Of a stretch of 64,000 nucleotides of DNA, positions 48,130 through 57,504 are shown one piece after another (the first letter of the stretch is position 1; every line of letters starts with the position of its first letter). The translations under genes and the position numbers were made by a program. The notes beneath the pieces were generated by a model. The model saw only the letters and a list, made by a program, of their open reading frames with translations. It had not been told where the DNA came from and did not search any database. Origin of the DNA: Candidatus Omnitrophota bacterium. GTDB lineage: Bacteria > Omnitrophota > Gorgyraeia > B26-G9 > JBDRCZ01. The DNA lies in the NCBI GenBank assembly GCA_043821285.1, contig JBDRCZ010000056.1:792-64791 (forward strand). Direction: 5' to 3'.

Positions 48130-50757
48130 GTGGCATTAAAAATATTAATCAATTTTGATATGAGCAGAAAAATAGTAAACCAAAGACACAAAGCAAAGCG
48201 GATTAAAAAATCGAAAATGATTAAAAAGATTTCTCATTTACGTAAGCCGGATGAATTATCATTAGAACAATGGCAGATAGTTTTAAGAAAACAAATTGCT
48301 TGTGCACAAAAAATGCGTATAAAAAACGTGGGTGAGAATGCAGTATTTTCGACATTTACAGTAACTAATCCTGTTTCACAAAAGACCTACCGTGTCGTTA
48401 TCTGCGGAGAGGAATTAGGGATTAATTATTGTTCTTGTCCTGATTTTTCGATTAATACTCTTGGTACTTGTAAACATATTGAAAATGTGTTACGGAAAGT
48501 TCGAAAAATGAAAGGCGGCAGACAACTGCTTAAGCAGGGGTTCCAGCCGGATTATTCTGCGGTAACTTTACGCTATGGTCTTAAAAGACGTGCGGCCTTT
48601 TTACTTGGGAAAAATGATAGTCGAAAACTAGTAAATTTAATTTTAGAATTTTTTGACGATGATTTATTCATTAAAGAAAAGGGTATCCGTCATTTTGCTG
48701 AATTTCAGAGACGCGCAGCTAAGTTAGATGGTCAGATTCAGTATCATGACGATGCGATTGAATATATTGCGCAAATTCGTGATCGAATTGCAAGAAAAGA
48801 AAAAATTGAGAAGGAATTTTCAAAGGGGGTTAATTCTCCACAATGGGGAACTTTACTTAAAACAGAATTATATCCATATCAAAAAGAAGGTGTACTTTTT
48901 GCGGTTTTAGCAGAGCGTAGTTTAATTGCCGATGAAATGGGTTTGGGAAAAACTATTCAAGCGATTGCGGCAAGTGAGATTATGGCGAGGTATTTCGGTA
49001 TTGAAAAGGTTCTGGTCATATGTCCGACAACTTTAAAATATCAGTGGAAAAATGAAATTAATCATTTTTCTCATTGTAAGGCACAGGTAATTCATGGGAT
49101 GTTGCTCGATCGGCATCGTCAATACGATGATTGTGCTAATGCCTTTTTCAAAATAACAAATTACGATGTTATCCATAGGGATATCGGGGCAATTATGAAA
49201 TGGGGGCCGGATTTGATTATATTGGATGAAGCGCAGCGAATTAAAAATTGGAAAACACGTCGCGCACAATCCGTAAAGCATTTAAAATCCACTTTTGCGA
49301 TTGTTCTTACCGGCACTCCAATAGAAAATCGTTTGGAAGAACTACATTCCATTGTTGAATTCATTGATCGGTATCATTTAGGGCCTCTTTTTCGATTCTT
49401 GCATAATCATCAGATTGTAAGCATAGAGGGAAAGATTACCGGATATAAAGATTTAAATAAAATAGGGAAGACTTTAGAAACCATAATGATCCGCCGAAAA
49501 AGTGAACAGGTATTAAAACAACTGCCAGAACGCATAGATAAAAATTTTTTTATCCCCTTGACGCGTCAACAAGAAGAAATTCATGAAGAATATAGGGTTA
49601 TGGTTGCCCGTCTTGTGACCAAATGGCAGAGATATCATTTTCTCTCGGAAGAGGACCGACAGCGTTTGATGATGGCGTTACAGAAGATGCGGATGGTATG
49701 TGATGATACATATTTGTTGGACCCAAGCACAAACTATGGGTATAAAATCGATGAATTGGAACTGCAGTTACGGGAAATTCTTGAAAATCCTAATGTAAAA
49801 GTAGTTATTTTTTCTCAGTGGTTGCGCATGATGGAATTAATTATAAACATGCTTAATGCCAATAAATGGGAATATGCCTTTTTGCATGGCGGAGTTCCTT
49901 CTGCAAAAAGAGGATGTTTAATTGAAAATTTTCATAATGATTTAACCTGTAGAATATTTTTATCAACAGAAGCAGGTAGCGTAGGACTTAATCTCCAAAA
50001 TGCAACATTTGTCGTAAATGTTGATTTACCATGGAATCCAGCAGTGTTAGAACAGCGGATTAGCCGGGTTTATCGATTAGGACAAGAATACCCTGTTCAT
50101 GTAATAAATTTAATTGCGGAAAGAAGTATTGAGCATGGTATCCTGGGATTGATTGGTTTTAAGAAATCGATGTTTTATGGAGTATTAGATAAAGGTGAGA
50201 ATGAAGTATTTATGGGAACAACCCGATTTAATAGATTTATCAAAACTGTGGAACAGGCTTCAAAGGCTATGGATGAACAAAAGAAAAATATTGAGAAGGA
50301 AGATGAGGATGAGGCATTGAGAGATAAGGAGTTGGCAAATCAAGTTGTCAACGACAATGAGAATGATATCTTACAGCAACAAGTATCTCCCAAAAGTTCT
50401 TCTACTCCGGCGGATTTTTCTGTGGCTCAAGAACATCTAGACTCTTCTAAAGTTAGTAATGATCCCCGTGGCGGTAGTGTTTCTGAAGCGGAAACCGTGT
50501 TAAAATCTATTTTTCAGCTTGGAGCGTCTTTTTTAGAGATATTAAGTAAATCTTTTGGTGAAGAGAAAATATCAGAAGCAAAAAATCAAGCGCGAATGAC
50601 GGGGCATCCCAAAAAACCTTTAGATATTAATTTATCAAAGGATAAAGAAACCGGCAGGCAAATTCTTCAAGTATTGCTGCCGGAAGACAAAACGATGAAA
50701 TTATTAACAAAGACTATTGGAAGAATGTATGAGGCTTTTAAAAAACATGTTGAGTGA
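48130..50757 (+). CDS. SWIM zinc-finger SNF2-family helicase
   Basis: CxCx(n)CxH SWIM (CSCPDFSINTLGTCKHIENV). SNF2 motifs LADEMGLGKT, DEAQRIKN, helicase C (QRISRVYRLGQ). True start may be an internal Met. Confidence 0.8.
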   Translation: MALKILINFDMSRKIVNQRHKAKRIKKSKMIKKISHLRKPDELSLEQWQIVLRKQIACAQKMRIKNVGENAVFSTFTVTNPVSQKTYRVVICGEELGINYCSCPDFSINTLGTCKHIENVLRKVRKMKGGRQLLKQGFQPDYSAVTLRYGLKRRAAFLLGKNDSRKLVNLILEFFDDDLFIKEKGIRHFAEFQRRAAKLDGQIQYHDDAIEYIAQIRDRIARKEKIEKEFSKGVNSPQWGTLLKTELYPYQKEGVLFAVLAERSLIADEMGLGKTIQAIAASEIMARYFGIEKVLVICPTTLKYQWKNEINHFSHCKAQVIHGMLLDRHRQYDDCANAFFKITNYDVIHRDIGAIMKWGPDLIILDEAQRIKNWKTRRAQSVKHLKSTFAIVLTGTPIENRLEELHSIVEFIDRYHLGPLFRFLHNHQIVSIEGKITGYKDLNKIGKTLETIMIRRKSEQVLKQLPERIDKNFFIPLTRQQEEIHEEYRVMVARLVTKWQRYHFLSEEDRQRLMMALQKMRMVCDDTYLLDPSTNYGYKIDELELQLREILENPNVKVVIFSQWLRMMELIINMLNANKWEYAFLHGGVPSAKRGCLIENFHNDLTCRIFLSTEAGSVGLNLQNATFVVNVDLPWNPAVLEQRISRVYRLGQEYPVHVINLIAERSIEHGILGLIGFKKSMFYGVLDKGENEVFMGTTRFNRFIKTVEQASKAMDEQKKNIEKEDEDEALRDKELANQVVNDNENDILQQQVSPKSSSTPADFSVAQEHLDSSKVSNDPRGGSVSEAETVLKSIFQLGASFLEILSKSFGEEKISEAKNQARMTGHPKKPLDINLSKDKETGRQILQVLLPEDKTMKLLTKTIGRMYEAFKKHVE

Positions 50758-50858
50758 ACTTGCTTATTCCCTACGGTTTTGCCATATGGATAGACGGTGG
50801 TAAGGAATTTTTTAGAATAATTTAAAAGTATTACGGAGCTTGTATTCTGTAATTTATT

Positions 50859-52148
50859 ATGCGGCGTAAAAAGTTGTTTTTCTTAATATTGATATTGATA
50901 ATAATTCCGGTTGCTTTTATCATTTTCTGCGGTTATTATTTGATTTTTACAACAAAAGGCGCCGGGGTTATTTCGAAATTTCTCTTAGCTAAATATGTTG
51001 AAGGAGATAAGATTGGCTTTAAAGAAATTGAAGGCAGCCTTGCCGAAAAACTGGTATATCACAATGTCGAGGTCAAAAATTTAAAAGGACTGCCACCAGA
51101 GGCGGTGCTTAAAATTCAGGAACTTAAAATTTATTTTACTACCCTTAATTTTTCCGGCCTAAATTTAGAGATACAAAACGGCCGGCTGATGATGCCGGAT
51201 TCTGACGCCATACTTTTTTATGGTAACTATCAGCGATCCGCTTTTGACGTTAAGGTTTATTGTAAGGAAATCAATCTTCGGGATACGTTGGATCTCTTTG
51301 TTGAAGCGGGTTCTTTGAAAGATTTATCTGGAGATATTTATGATTTAGATATAGTTATAAAAGGAGATTTTTTAGACCCTGATATTACCGGCAATTTTCA
51401 ACTTAAGAGCCTCTCCTATGGCGGGTTTACAATGAGAGGCTGCACGATTGCTTTTTCCCTGCAGCTTAAAGATGTAAAGAATAATTTAAAATTATATGGT
51501 GAAATTTTGATGGAGACTGGAGAGTTAACCGGTCCCCGTACCGCCGTTGTGAAATTAGAAAAGAGTAAGATTATTTTTAACGGCGATTATGCAAAACCGA
51601 CGTTTGATTTAAAAGGAAAATCGATTATTGAAGGGACAAAGATTAAGATTACTTTAAAAGGAACAATCGAGTCTCCGGAGTTAAGGTTAACGTCTACTCC
51701 CCCGGTACCGGAAGGCTGGTTATTGGTAATGCTGGCTACCGGCCGCAGCTGGCGCAGTTCAGGAAGCGCTTTAAAGCAAGGAAATATAACCCCGGATTTA
51801 GCCAAGGATTTTATCGATTATTTTGTCTTTGCCGGCTCAGGGAGCAAAATTATCCAAAAATTTGGCCTAAGCGATATCTCTATAACATACAATGAAGAAA
51901 AAAAAGGTATCGGCGTAAAAAAGGACATAACCGATAAAGCAGAAGTAACTTATTCTATTGAGCAACCGCGCGAGTTTAGTAAAGAATCAGTTACGACCCA
52001 TAAAATAGGCGGTGAATATAATATTACCGAACATATATCTGTTGGCGCAGAAAAAGAGATAAAACAACCCACAGAAAAGTCAGATGCAGTGCCAGATAAG
52101 CTGAAGACCGATGATCGGGTATATTTGAAATATAAGAAAGAATTCTAG
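50859..52148 (+). CDS. Membrane-anchored TamB/DUF490-like protein
   Basis: N-terminal TM helix. LRLTSTPPVPEGWLLVMLATG resembles the TamB C-terminal motif. Confidence 0.45.
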   Translation: MRRKKLFFLILILIIIPVAFIIFCGYYLIFTTKGAGVISKFLLAKYVEGDKIGFKEIEGSLAEKLVYHNVEVKNLKGLPPEAVLKIQELKIYFTTLNFSGLNLEIQNGRLMMPDSDAILFYGNYQRSAFDVKVYCKEINLRDTLDLFVEAGSLKDLSGDIYDLDIVIKGDFLDPDITGNFQLKSLSYGGFTMRGCTIAFSLQLKDVKNNLKLYGEILMETGELTGPRTAVVKLEKSKIIFNGDYAKPTFDLKGKSIIEGTKIKITLKGTIESPELRLTSTPPVPEGWLLVMLATGRSWRSSGSALKQGNITPDLAKDFIDYFVFAGSGSKIIQKFGLSDISITYNEEKKGIGVKKDITDKAEVTYSIEQPREFSKESVTTHKIGGEYNITEHISVGAEKEIKQPTEKSDAVPDKLKTDDRVYLKYKKEF

Positions 52149-52178
52149 AACGCAGATGATCCTGAATTATGCGTAAAG

Positions 52179-53645
52179 ATGAAGATCGTAATAGCAAATT
52201 CCATTGGTATTGATAAAAAAGGGTATTATATTATCCATTCTCCCAGCCGCTGGACACAGGGAGTGCATAGTAAATATCAGTGGTTTGCCTATTATCCATG
52301 GGAATTAGCATATCTCAGTACATTACTAAAAAAACATACTGCTCATAAAATTAAGCTAATTGATGGATGTCTGGAAAAACTGGATTACGATTTATATTTA
52401 CAACGGCTTATTGATGCGCAGCCGGATGTATTAATCATAGAGAGCGCAACGCGGGTCATTGGGGATAATTTAAAATTGGCGCTTGAGCTAAAACAGCGGC
52501 TGAAAACAAAACTGATCTTTGTTGGAGCACATGCAACTGCTTACCCTCAGGAATTGATAGACTCTGGCGTTAATGATGTTTGTCAGGGTGAGTATGAATA
52601 TACAGTATTGGATATAATTTCAGGTAGACCACAGGATAAAATATTAGGGCTTTATCCTAATCCGCGTAGAGAGTTATTAGATATTAACAGCTTGCCTTGG
52701 CCCGAAGATACTGATATACGCAGATTTTCTTATGCTTCACCTGGTGAGCCAAGTTCGGAATATAAAGAAATACAAATGTATGCATCCAGGGGGTGTCCGG
52801 GAGGCTGCAATTTTTGTGCTGCCCGACACCTCTACTATAAGCAGTCAAACTGGCGCAAAAGAAACGCTGAAGATATTATTTCAGAAATAAAATATTTAAA
52901 ACAAAAATATCCCCGCTTGGAAGGTATATTTTTTGATGAAGAAGTGCATAATGGAACCAAGGATTTTATCATGGAATTAACAAAGGCAATTAAAGGTGCT
53001 CGGTTAGATAATCTGCATTATGAAGCAATGTGTGATATTAGGTTTTTGGATGAGGAACAAATGCAGGCAATGAAAGATGCCGGGTATTATAAAATCCGAT
53101 TAGGTATTGAGTCTGCAAGCAAAAATATTTTGAAAATGATGAATAAATTTTTGGATATTTCAGAAGTGCAGAAGAAGTTATTACAGGCAAAAAAGATTGG
53201 ACTTAAAACATACGGTACATTTATGTTTGGCGCATTAGGGGCGAGAGAACAAGAAGATAAAAAGACAATTGAGTTAATCAGAGAACTACTTTTAAAGGAC
53301 CTGCTTAATAATTTGCAGATTTCAATCTGTACTCCACAGCCAGGTACGCCTTTTTATGTGCAGGCAGAAAAGCGTGGTTATTTAAAAGAGAAAAATTTTT
53401 CAAGATATGACGGGGGTAATTTTTCTGTTGTTAGCTACCCAGAGTACACTGCAAAACAGATAATGAATATGACAAACAGGGCATATTTAACCCGGGATTA
53501 TTATTATTTACGCCGTAAATTAGGTAATAATGAATTTTGGCAGTGGATTAAGTCAATTTATAAAAAATATAGATTTTGGGGATTGGTTAACAAGGCATTT
53601 GTGAGGATTTTGCGGACAATAAAACATGTAATAATAAATGTCTAA
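52179..53645 (+). CDS. B12-binding radical SAM domain protein
   Basis: N-terminal B12-binding-like domain. Radical SAM CPGGCNFC. Confidence 0.75.
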   Translation: MKIVIANSIGIDKKGYYIIHSPSRWTQGVHSKYQWFAYYPWELAYLSTLLKKHTAHKIKLIDGCLEKLDYDLYLQRLIDAQPDVLIIESATRVIGDNLKLALELKQRLKTKLIFVGAHATAYPQELIDSGVNDVCQGEYEYTVLDIISGRPQDKILGLYPNPRRELLDINSLPWPEDTDIRRFSYASPGEPSSEYKEIQMYASRGCPGGCNFCAARHLYYKQSNWRKRNAEDIISEIKYLKQKYPRLEGIFFDEEVHNGTKDFIMELTKAIKGARLDNLHYEAMCDIRFLDEEQMQAMKDAGYYKIRLGIESASKNILKMMNKFLDISEVQKKLLQAKKIGLKTYGTFMFGALGAREQEDKKTIELIRELLLKDLLNNLQISICTPQPGTPFYVQAEKRGYLKEKNFSRYDGGNFSVVSYPEYTAKQIMNMTNRAYLTRDYYYLRRKLGNNEFWQWIKSIYKKYRFWGLVNKAFVRILRTIKHVIINV

Positions 53646-53744
53646 TGACGAATGCTGTTATACACAGGATTATTGCAGATGAGAAAATACACCTGCCGGC
53701 AGGGATGAAGAATCGTACGTAAAAAAAGAGAAATAATTTTAGTA

Positions 53745-53893
53745 CCCGCCACAAAGATTGGCGGACAGGGATTAAACTCCCCGCAAAAATATCGCGCAGG
53801 TCCACTAACGTATTCGTGGTGGACATGGTGGGTCATTTAAAGATTGAAAACCGCAGATTTTCATATGACAAGCTGGTTGAGTCATAATATTCC
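53745..53893. repeat. Family C element fused to family B palindrome (TTGAAAACCGCAGATTTTCATATGACAAGCTGG)
   Basis: CCCGCCACAAAG...TTGGCGGACAGGGATTAAACTCC...GGTCATTTAAAG matches 41740-41850. The tail matches 392-428. Confidence 0.65.
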
Positions 53894-53940
53894 TGCGCAT
53901 GTTTAGTTCTGGCTTGCTCAGCTCTTGGGAGGGATGAAAA

Positions 53941-55464
53941 ATGTATCAAAAGATAAGGGAATATCTTAATGAGAGTTGTTTTAGCGGAGTGATATTAGAT
54001 TCTATCCCCCAGCCAAAAATAGCCTCTTTGATGAGCAGGTTAAATATTGAATATATAGGGGTGAGAATAACTTCAATACCGGCGGAAGATTTAGCTAATG
54101 ATTTAGCCAAAGAGGCATTCATAAATAGAGAGGTTATGGATACTCTTATAAAGATTCTGGATAAGGCGAATTTTGATAGTATTCAAAGGATATCACAAAT
54201 GCCTGAACGTCAGGTTCGGGCGTTGGTTACCGATCCAAACAAGCTTTGTTTAGATCAAAACATAGGCCAGACAATTTGGGGGTTACTATCTGATACGCGT
54301 AAGGGTATAAATGAACTTATCCCCAGATTTTTTCAGACACTAAAACTGGCAATGAGAAGAAAGGCAGATTTTACAAGAGAGATGGAAAAAGAAGTTAAAA
54401 GCATAGATTCAGTTTTATCTTCCAAAAAAGGACTTAAAAAGATCGAGAAGTCTATTGCTTTATTTAAAAACGAAATTGCCAAAGAGAAAAAGATTTCCGA
54501 GGATTTTATGCGGGAGAATCGCCGTCTAAATGAGAAATATATAAAACAGCAAGAATTAATTCATCAGCTACGTAAATCCCATGGGGAACTAATCCATGAA
54601 AAAGGCTTATTGCATAAACAGATTATGCGAAAGGATGCTGAAATAGGGAATCTTTCCCAGCAGATTAAGGTATTAAAGGATAAATTAGCAGTTGGCCCAA
54701 AGATACGTCTTAAATCAGAAATACATCGATTAGAAAAAGAAAATAGCAAACTTAATTATATTTTCGGAAAGGAAGGACAGGAGAATAGGACTAAGATTAG
54801 TGAATTAGAAAAGGAATTATTGCAGCTAAAGGATAATTTCAATAACCTACAACAAACAAATCTTGAGATGCAGCAGCAATTAGAAAGCGAACAGCAAAAG
54901 TTTAATGATTTAGAAAAGGAATATCAATTGATTTCTGTTAAAAACGAGCCGCTTATCCCGACAATTCCCAAAGGAAAAGGCAAGCGCTTAGGTATTTTTA
55001 TTGACAATCAGAATGTATATTATTCCGCAAAGATGCAGTATGGCAAAAAGCTTGATTTCCGAAGATTATTGGATGTTTTGATAAAAGATCGGCATTTAGT
55101 TAAGGCAATATGTTATCTTGTCCAACAGCCTGAGGTGAGCCAAGAGAGATTTATGAATATGTTAAAAAATAATGGCTATATGGTGAGGGTGCGTGACTTA
55201 ATCCGCCGGGCAGATGGTTCAGCAAAGGGTAACTGGGATATTGGTATTGCTACGGATGTGATTACAATGGTAGAGAAAAATAATCTAGATATTGTTATTT
55301 TAGTTACCTGTGATGGGGACTTTGTTGACTTGATTAAGTTACTTTCTGTAAATGGAACAAAGGTAGAGGTTGTTGGGTTTTCAATAAACATGGCCATGGA
55401 TTTAAAAAAGGTCGCGGATGAGTATTATTTTATCACTGAGGATTTGATGATTACTGACACTTAA
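53941..55464 (+). CDS. Coiled-coil protein with C-terminal NYN/LabA-like (PIN-related) domain
   Basis: LGIFIDNQNVYYSA ... DIGIATDVI ... ILVTCDGDF motifs. Confidence 0.65.
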   Translation: MYQKIREYLNESCFSGVILDSIPQPKIASLMSRLNIEYIGVRITSIPAEDLANDLAKEAFINREVMDTLIKILDKANFDSIQRISQMPERQVRALVTDPNKLCLDQNIGQTIWGLLSDTRKGINELIPRFFQTLKLAMRRKADFTREMEKEVKSIDSVLSSKKGLKKIEKSIALFKNEIAKEKKISEDFMRENRRLNEKYIKQQELIHQLRKSHGELIHEKGLLHKQIMRKDAEIGNLSQQIKVLKDKLAVGPKIRLKSEIHRLEKENSKLNYIFGKEGQENRTKISELEKELLQLKDNFNNLQQTNLEMQQQLESEQQKFNDLEKEYQLISVKNEPLIPTIPKGKGKRLGIFIDNQNVYYSAKMQYGKKLDFRRLLDVLIKDRHLVKAICYLVQQPEVSQERFMNMLKNNGYMVRVRDLIRRADGSAKGNWDIGIATDVITMVEKNNLDIVILVTCDGDFVDLIKLLSVNGTKVEVVGFSINMAMDLKKVADEYYFITEDLMITDT

Positions 55465-55643
55465 TTATTTTTGCTACGCAAAAATAATCATTTATCTGCT
55501 AAGGCGAATGGTTAGAAAGCAAGAAGTATTTTTCGATTAACAAATATATATAAATGCAGTATATTATTCTTATAATATAAGAGAGGATGTGGAAGGTGCA
55601 AATTAAGACTTAAAAGAATATGCGGAATTATTGGAGGTATGGG

Positions 55644-55838
55644 ATGAAGGTACGAGATATTATAAAATTGATAAAATCAGATGGTTGGTACATAGTGACA
55701 ACAAAAGGTAGTCATCAGCAATACAAGCATCTAACAAAATCAGGCATGGTAACAATTGCTGGCCATTCCAATGATGATTTGGCTCTAGGTACCCTAAATA
55801 GCATCTTGAAACAAGCAAAATTGAAGGAGGTAAGGTAA
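55644..55838 (+). CDS. hicA: HicA family toxin (mRNA interferase)
   Basis: MKVRDIIKLIKSDGWYIVTTKGSHQQYKH pattern and 64-aa size. RBS ggaggt. Confidence 0.8.
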   Translation: MKVRDIIKLIKSDGWYIVTTKGSHQQYKHLTKSGMVTIAGHSNDDLALGTLNSILKQAKLKEVR

Positions 55839-55839
55839 A

Positions 55840-56052
55840 ATGTATCGTTTTCTAATTGTGATTGAAAAAGCAGACAATAATTACTCAGCATACTCACCTG
55901 ACTTACCAGGTTGTGTAGCCACTGGCGCGACGCGTGAAGAAGTAGAAAAAAATATGCATGAAGCTATTGAAATGCATGTACAGGGACTATTAAAAGATAA
56001 TTTATCTATCCCTAACTCTAATTCTTTTGCGGAGTATATAGCTGTTCAATAA
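55840..56052 (+). CDS. hicB: HicB family antitoxin
   Basis: YRFLIVIEKADNNYSAYSPDLPGCVATGATREE pattern. Adjacent to hicA. Confidence 0.75.
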   Translation: MYRFLIVIEKADNNYSAYSPDLPGCVATGATREEVEKNMHEAIEMHVQGLLKDNLSIPNSNSFAEYIAVQ

Positions 56053-56072
56053 CTTATGTTGTTATTTAACGT

Positions 56073-57095
56073 ATGGTTATGCGGTTTTTTAAGCGCGAAA
56101 CAGGCAAAACCTGTTTCGCTTCTATCCATCAGGGTAGGTGGTCGGAAAATGGAGAGCATTTTCCGTATATGAATATCCCCCCTTGCTTACAGCGGGGGAT
56201 ATTCATTTCTATTGTTATCGTAACTTTAAACACAGAAAGGTTTATTAAAAAATGCTTAGAAAGTATCTATTGCCAAAGTTACAGAGAGTTTGAAGTTATT
56301 GTTGTTGATAATGGTTCAAGGGATGAAACTGTTAGAATTATAATTTCAGATTTTCCGCAGGTGAGACTTATTAGAAATAAAGAAAATATTGGGTTTTGCC
56401 GGGCGAATAACTTAGGGATTAAGACAGCAATTGGTGAGGCAATACTTACTTTAAACAGTGATATTGTATTAGAGAAAGATTTTCTAGAAAATTTAATTAA
56501 AACGTATCAGAATGCAAAAAAAGATATAGGCATGTTTGCCACAAGGATTTTAAACTGGAATGGTAAAACCATAGATTCTACAGGATTAATATTAACCCGG
56601 GCCCGCCGCTTTTATGACCGTGGTTATGGCAAGGCGATAGAGTATAAAGATAATTCAGAGATTATTGGACCTTGTGCTGCTGCGGCATTATATAAGAGAG
56701 AAATGCTTGAAGATATAAAAATAAACGATGAATATTTTGATGAGAAATTTTTCTTTTTGGTTGAAGATGTAGATATTGCCTGGCGGGCAAAAAACCGCAG
56801 TTGGAGAGTAGAATATGTACCAGAGGCAAAATGTTTTCACTATCGAAACAGCACAAATTTCAACCGAAATTTCCGGCAATACCTATCTTTTCGTAACCGG
56901 TATTACCTGATTTTAAAAAATGAATCAAAATCCGGCTTAATAAAATTTCTGCCATTTTTCTGCATATATGATATTCCCAGATTTCTCTATCTACTTTTAA
57001 CCAATAAACATCATACAATTTTAGCATTAAAAGAACTGTTTAAGAATAGCCCGGCAATGTTAAATAACCGTAAAAGAAGGATTATTGAATCATAA
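56073..57095 (+). CDS. Glycosyltransferase family 2
   Basis: SIVIVTLN...DNGSRDET...DxD context. The likely true start is the ATG at 56169. Confidence 0.75.
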   Translation: MVMRFFKRETGKTCFASIHQGRWSENGEHFPYMNIPPCLQRGIFISIVIVTLNTERFIKKCLESIYCQSYREFEVIVVDNGSRDETVRIIISDFPQVRLIRNKENIGFCRANNLGIKTAIGEAILTLNSDIVLEKDFLENLIKTYQNAKKDIGMFATRILNWNGKTIDSTGLILTRARRFYDRGYGKAIEYKDNSEIIGPCAAAALYKREMLEDIKINDEYFDEKFFFLVEDVDIAWRAKNRSWRVEYVPEAKCFHYRNSTNFNRNFRQYLSFRNRYYLILKNESKSGLIKFLPFFCIYDIPRFLYLLLTNKHHTILALKELFKNSPAMLNNRKRRIIES

Positions 57096-57099
57096 GGGT

Positions 57100-57420
57100 T
57101 TCATTTCATTCCCCGCAGCTTGCTGCGATGATATGATTGGAGTTTGGTTTTTTGATACCCGTAGCTTGTTGCGGGGTTACGAAACTTACCAATTCCTTGC
57201 GGTCTTGCCGCAGGGTGAGGGTTTGAGGGAAAGTATGAAAACCGTAGGTTTTCAAACGGATAAAAAATTTCCGGTGCTGCGAAGCAGCATCAGCTTAGTA
57301 TAAAACCCTGTAGTCTTGCTACATCGAAGATCCGCCAATGCCCGCCACTAATACGATGGCGGATCTACGACATTGTGGAGGGGGGATAGTTACGCTTAAG
57401 GAAATTTTTTATAGCAGTAG
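57100..57420. repeat. Composite intergenic repeat cluster (hairpins CCCCGCAGCTTGCTGCG, CCCGTAGCTTGTTGCGGGG, CCTTGCGGTCTTGCCGCAGGG; family B palindrome at 57235-57255; family C module CATCGAAGATCCGCC...GGCGGATCT)
   Basis: Strong similarity to 8625-8745(-), 9439-9735 and 63645-63692. Confidence 0.65.
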
Positions 57421-57504
57421 GCCTTTTTGGCTATTTTCTATGCCATGTTATGTAACGTTTATAGAATTACATGTGTCTAAAAAGGTCGAAGGATATTCAA
57501 GAAG

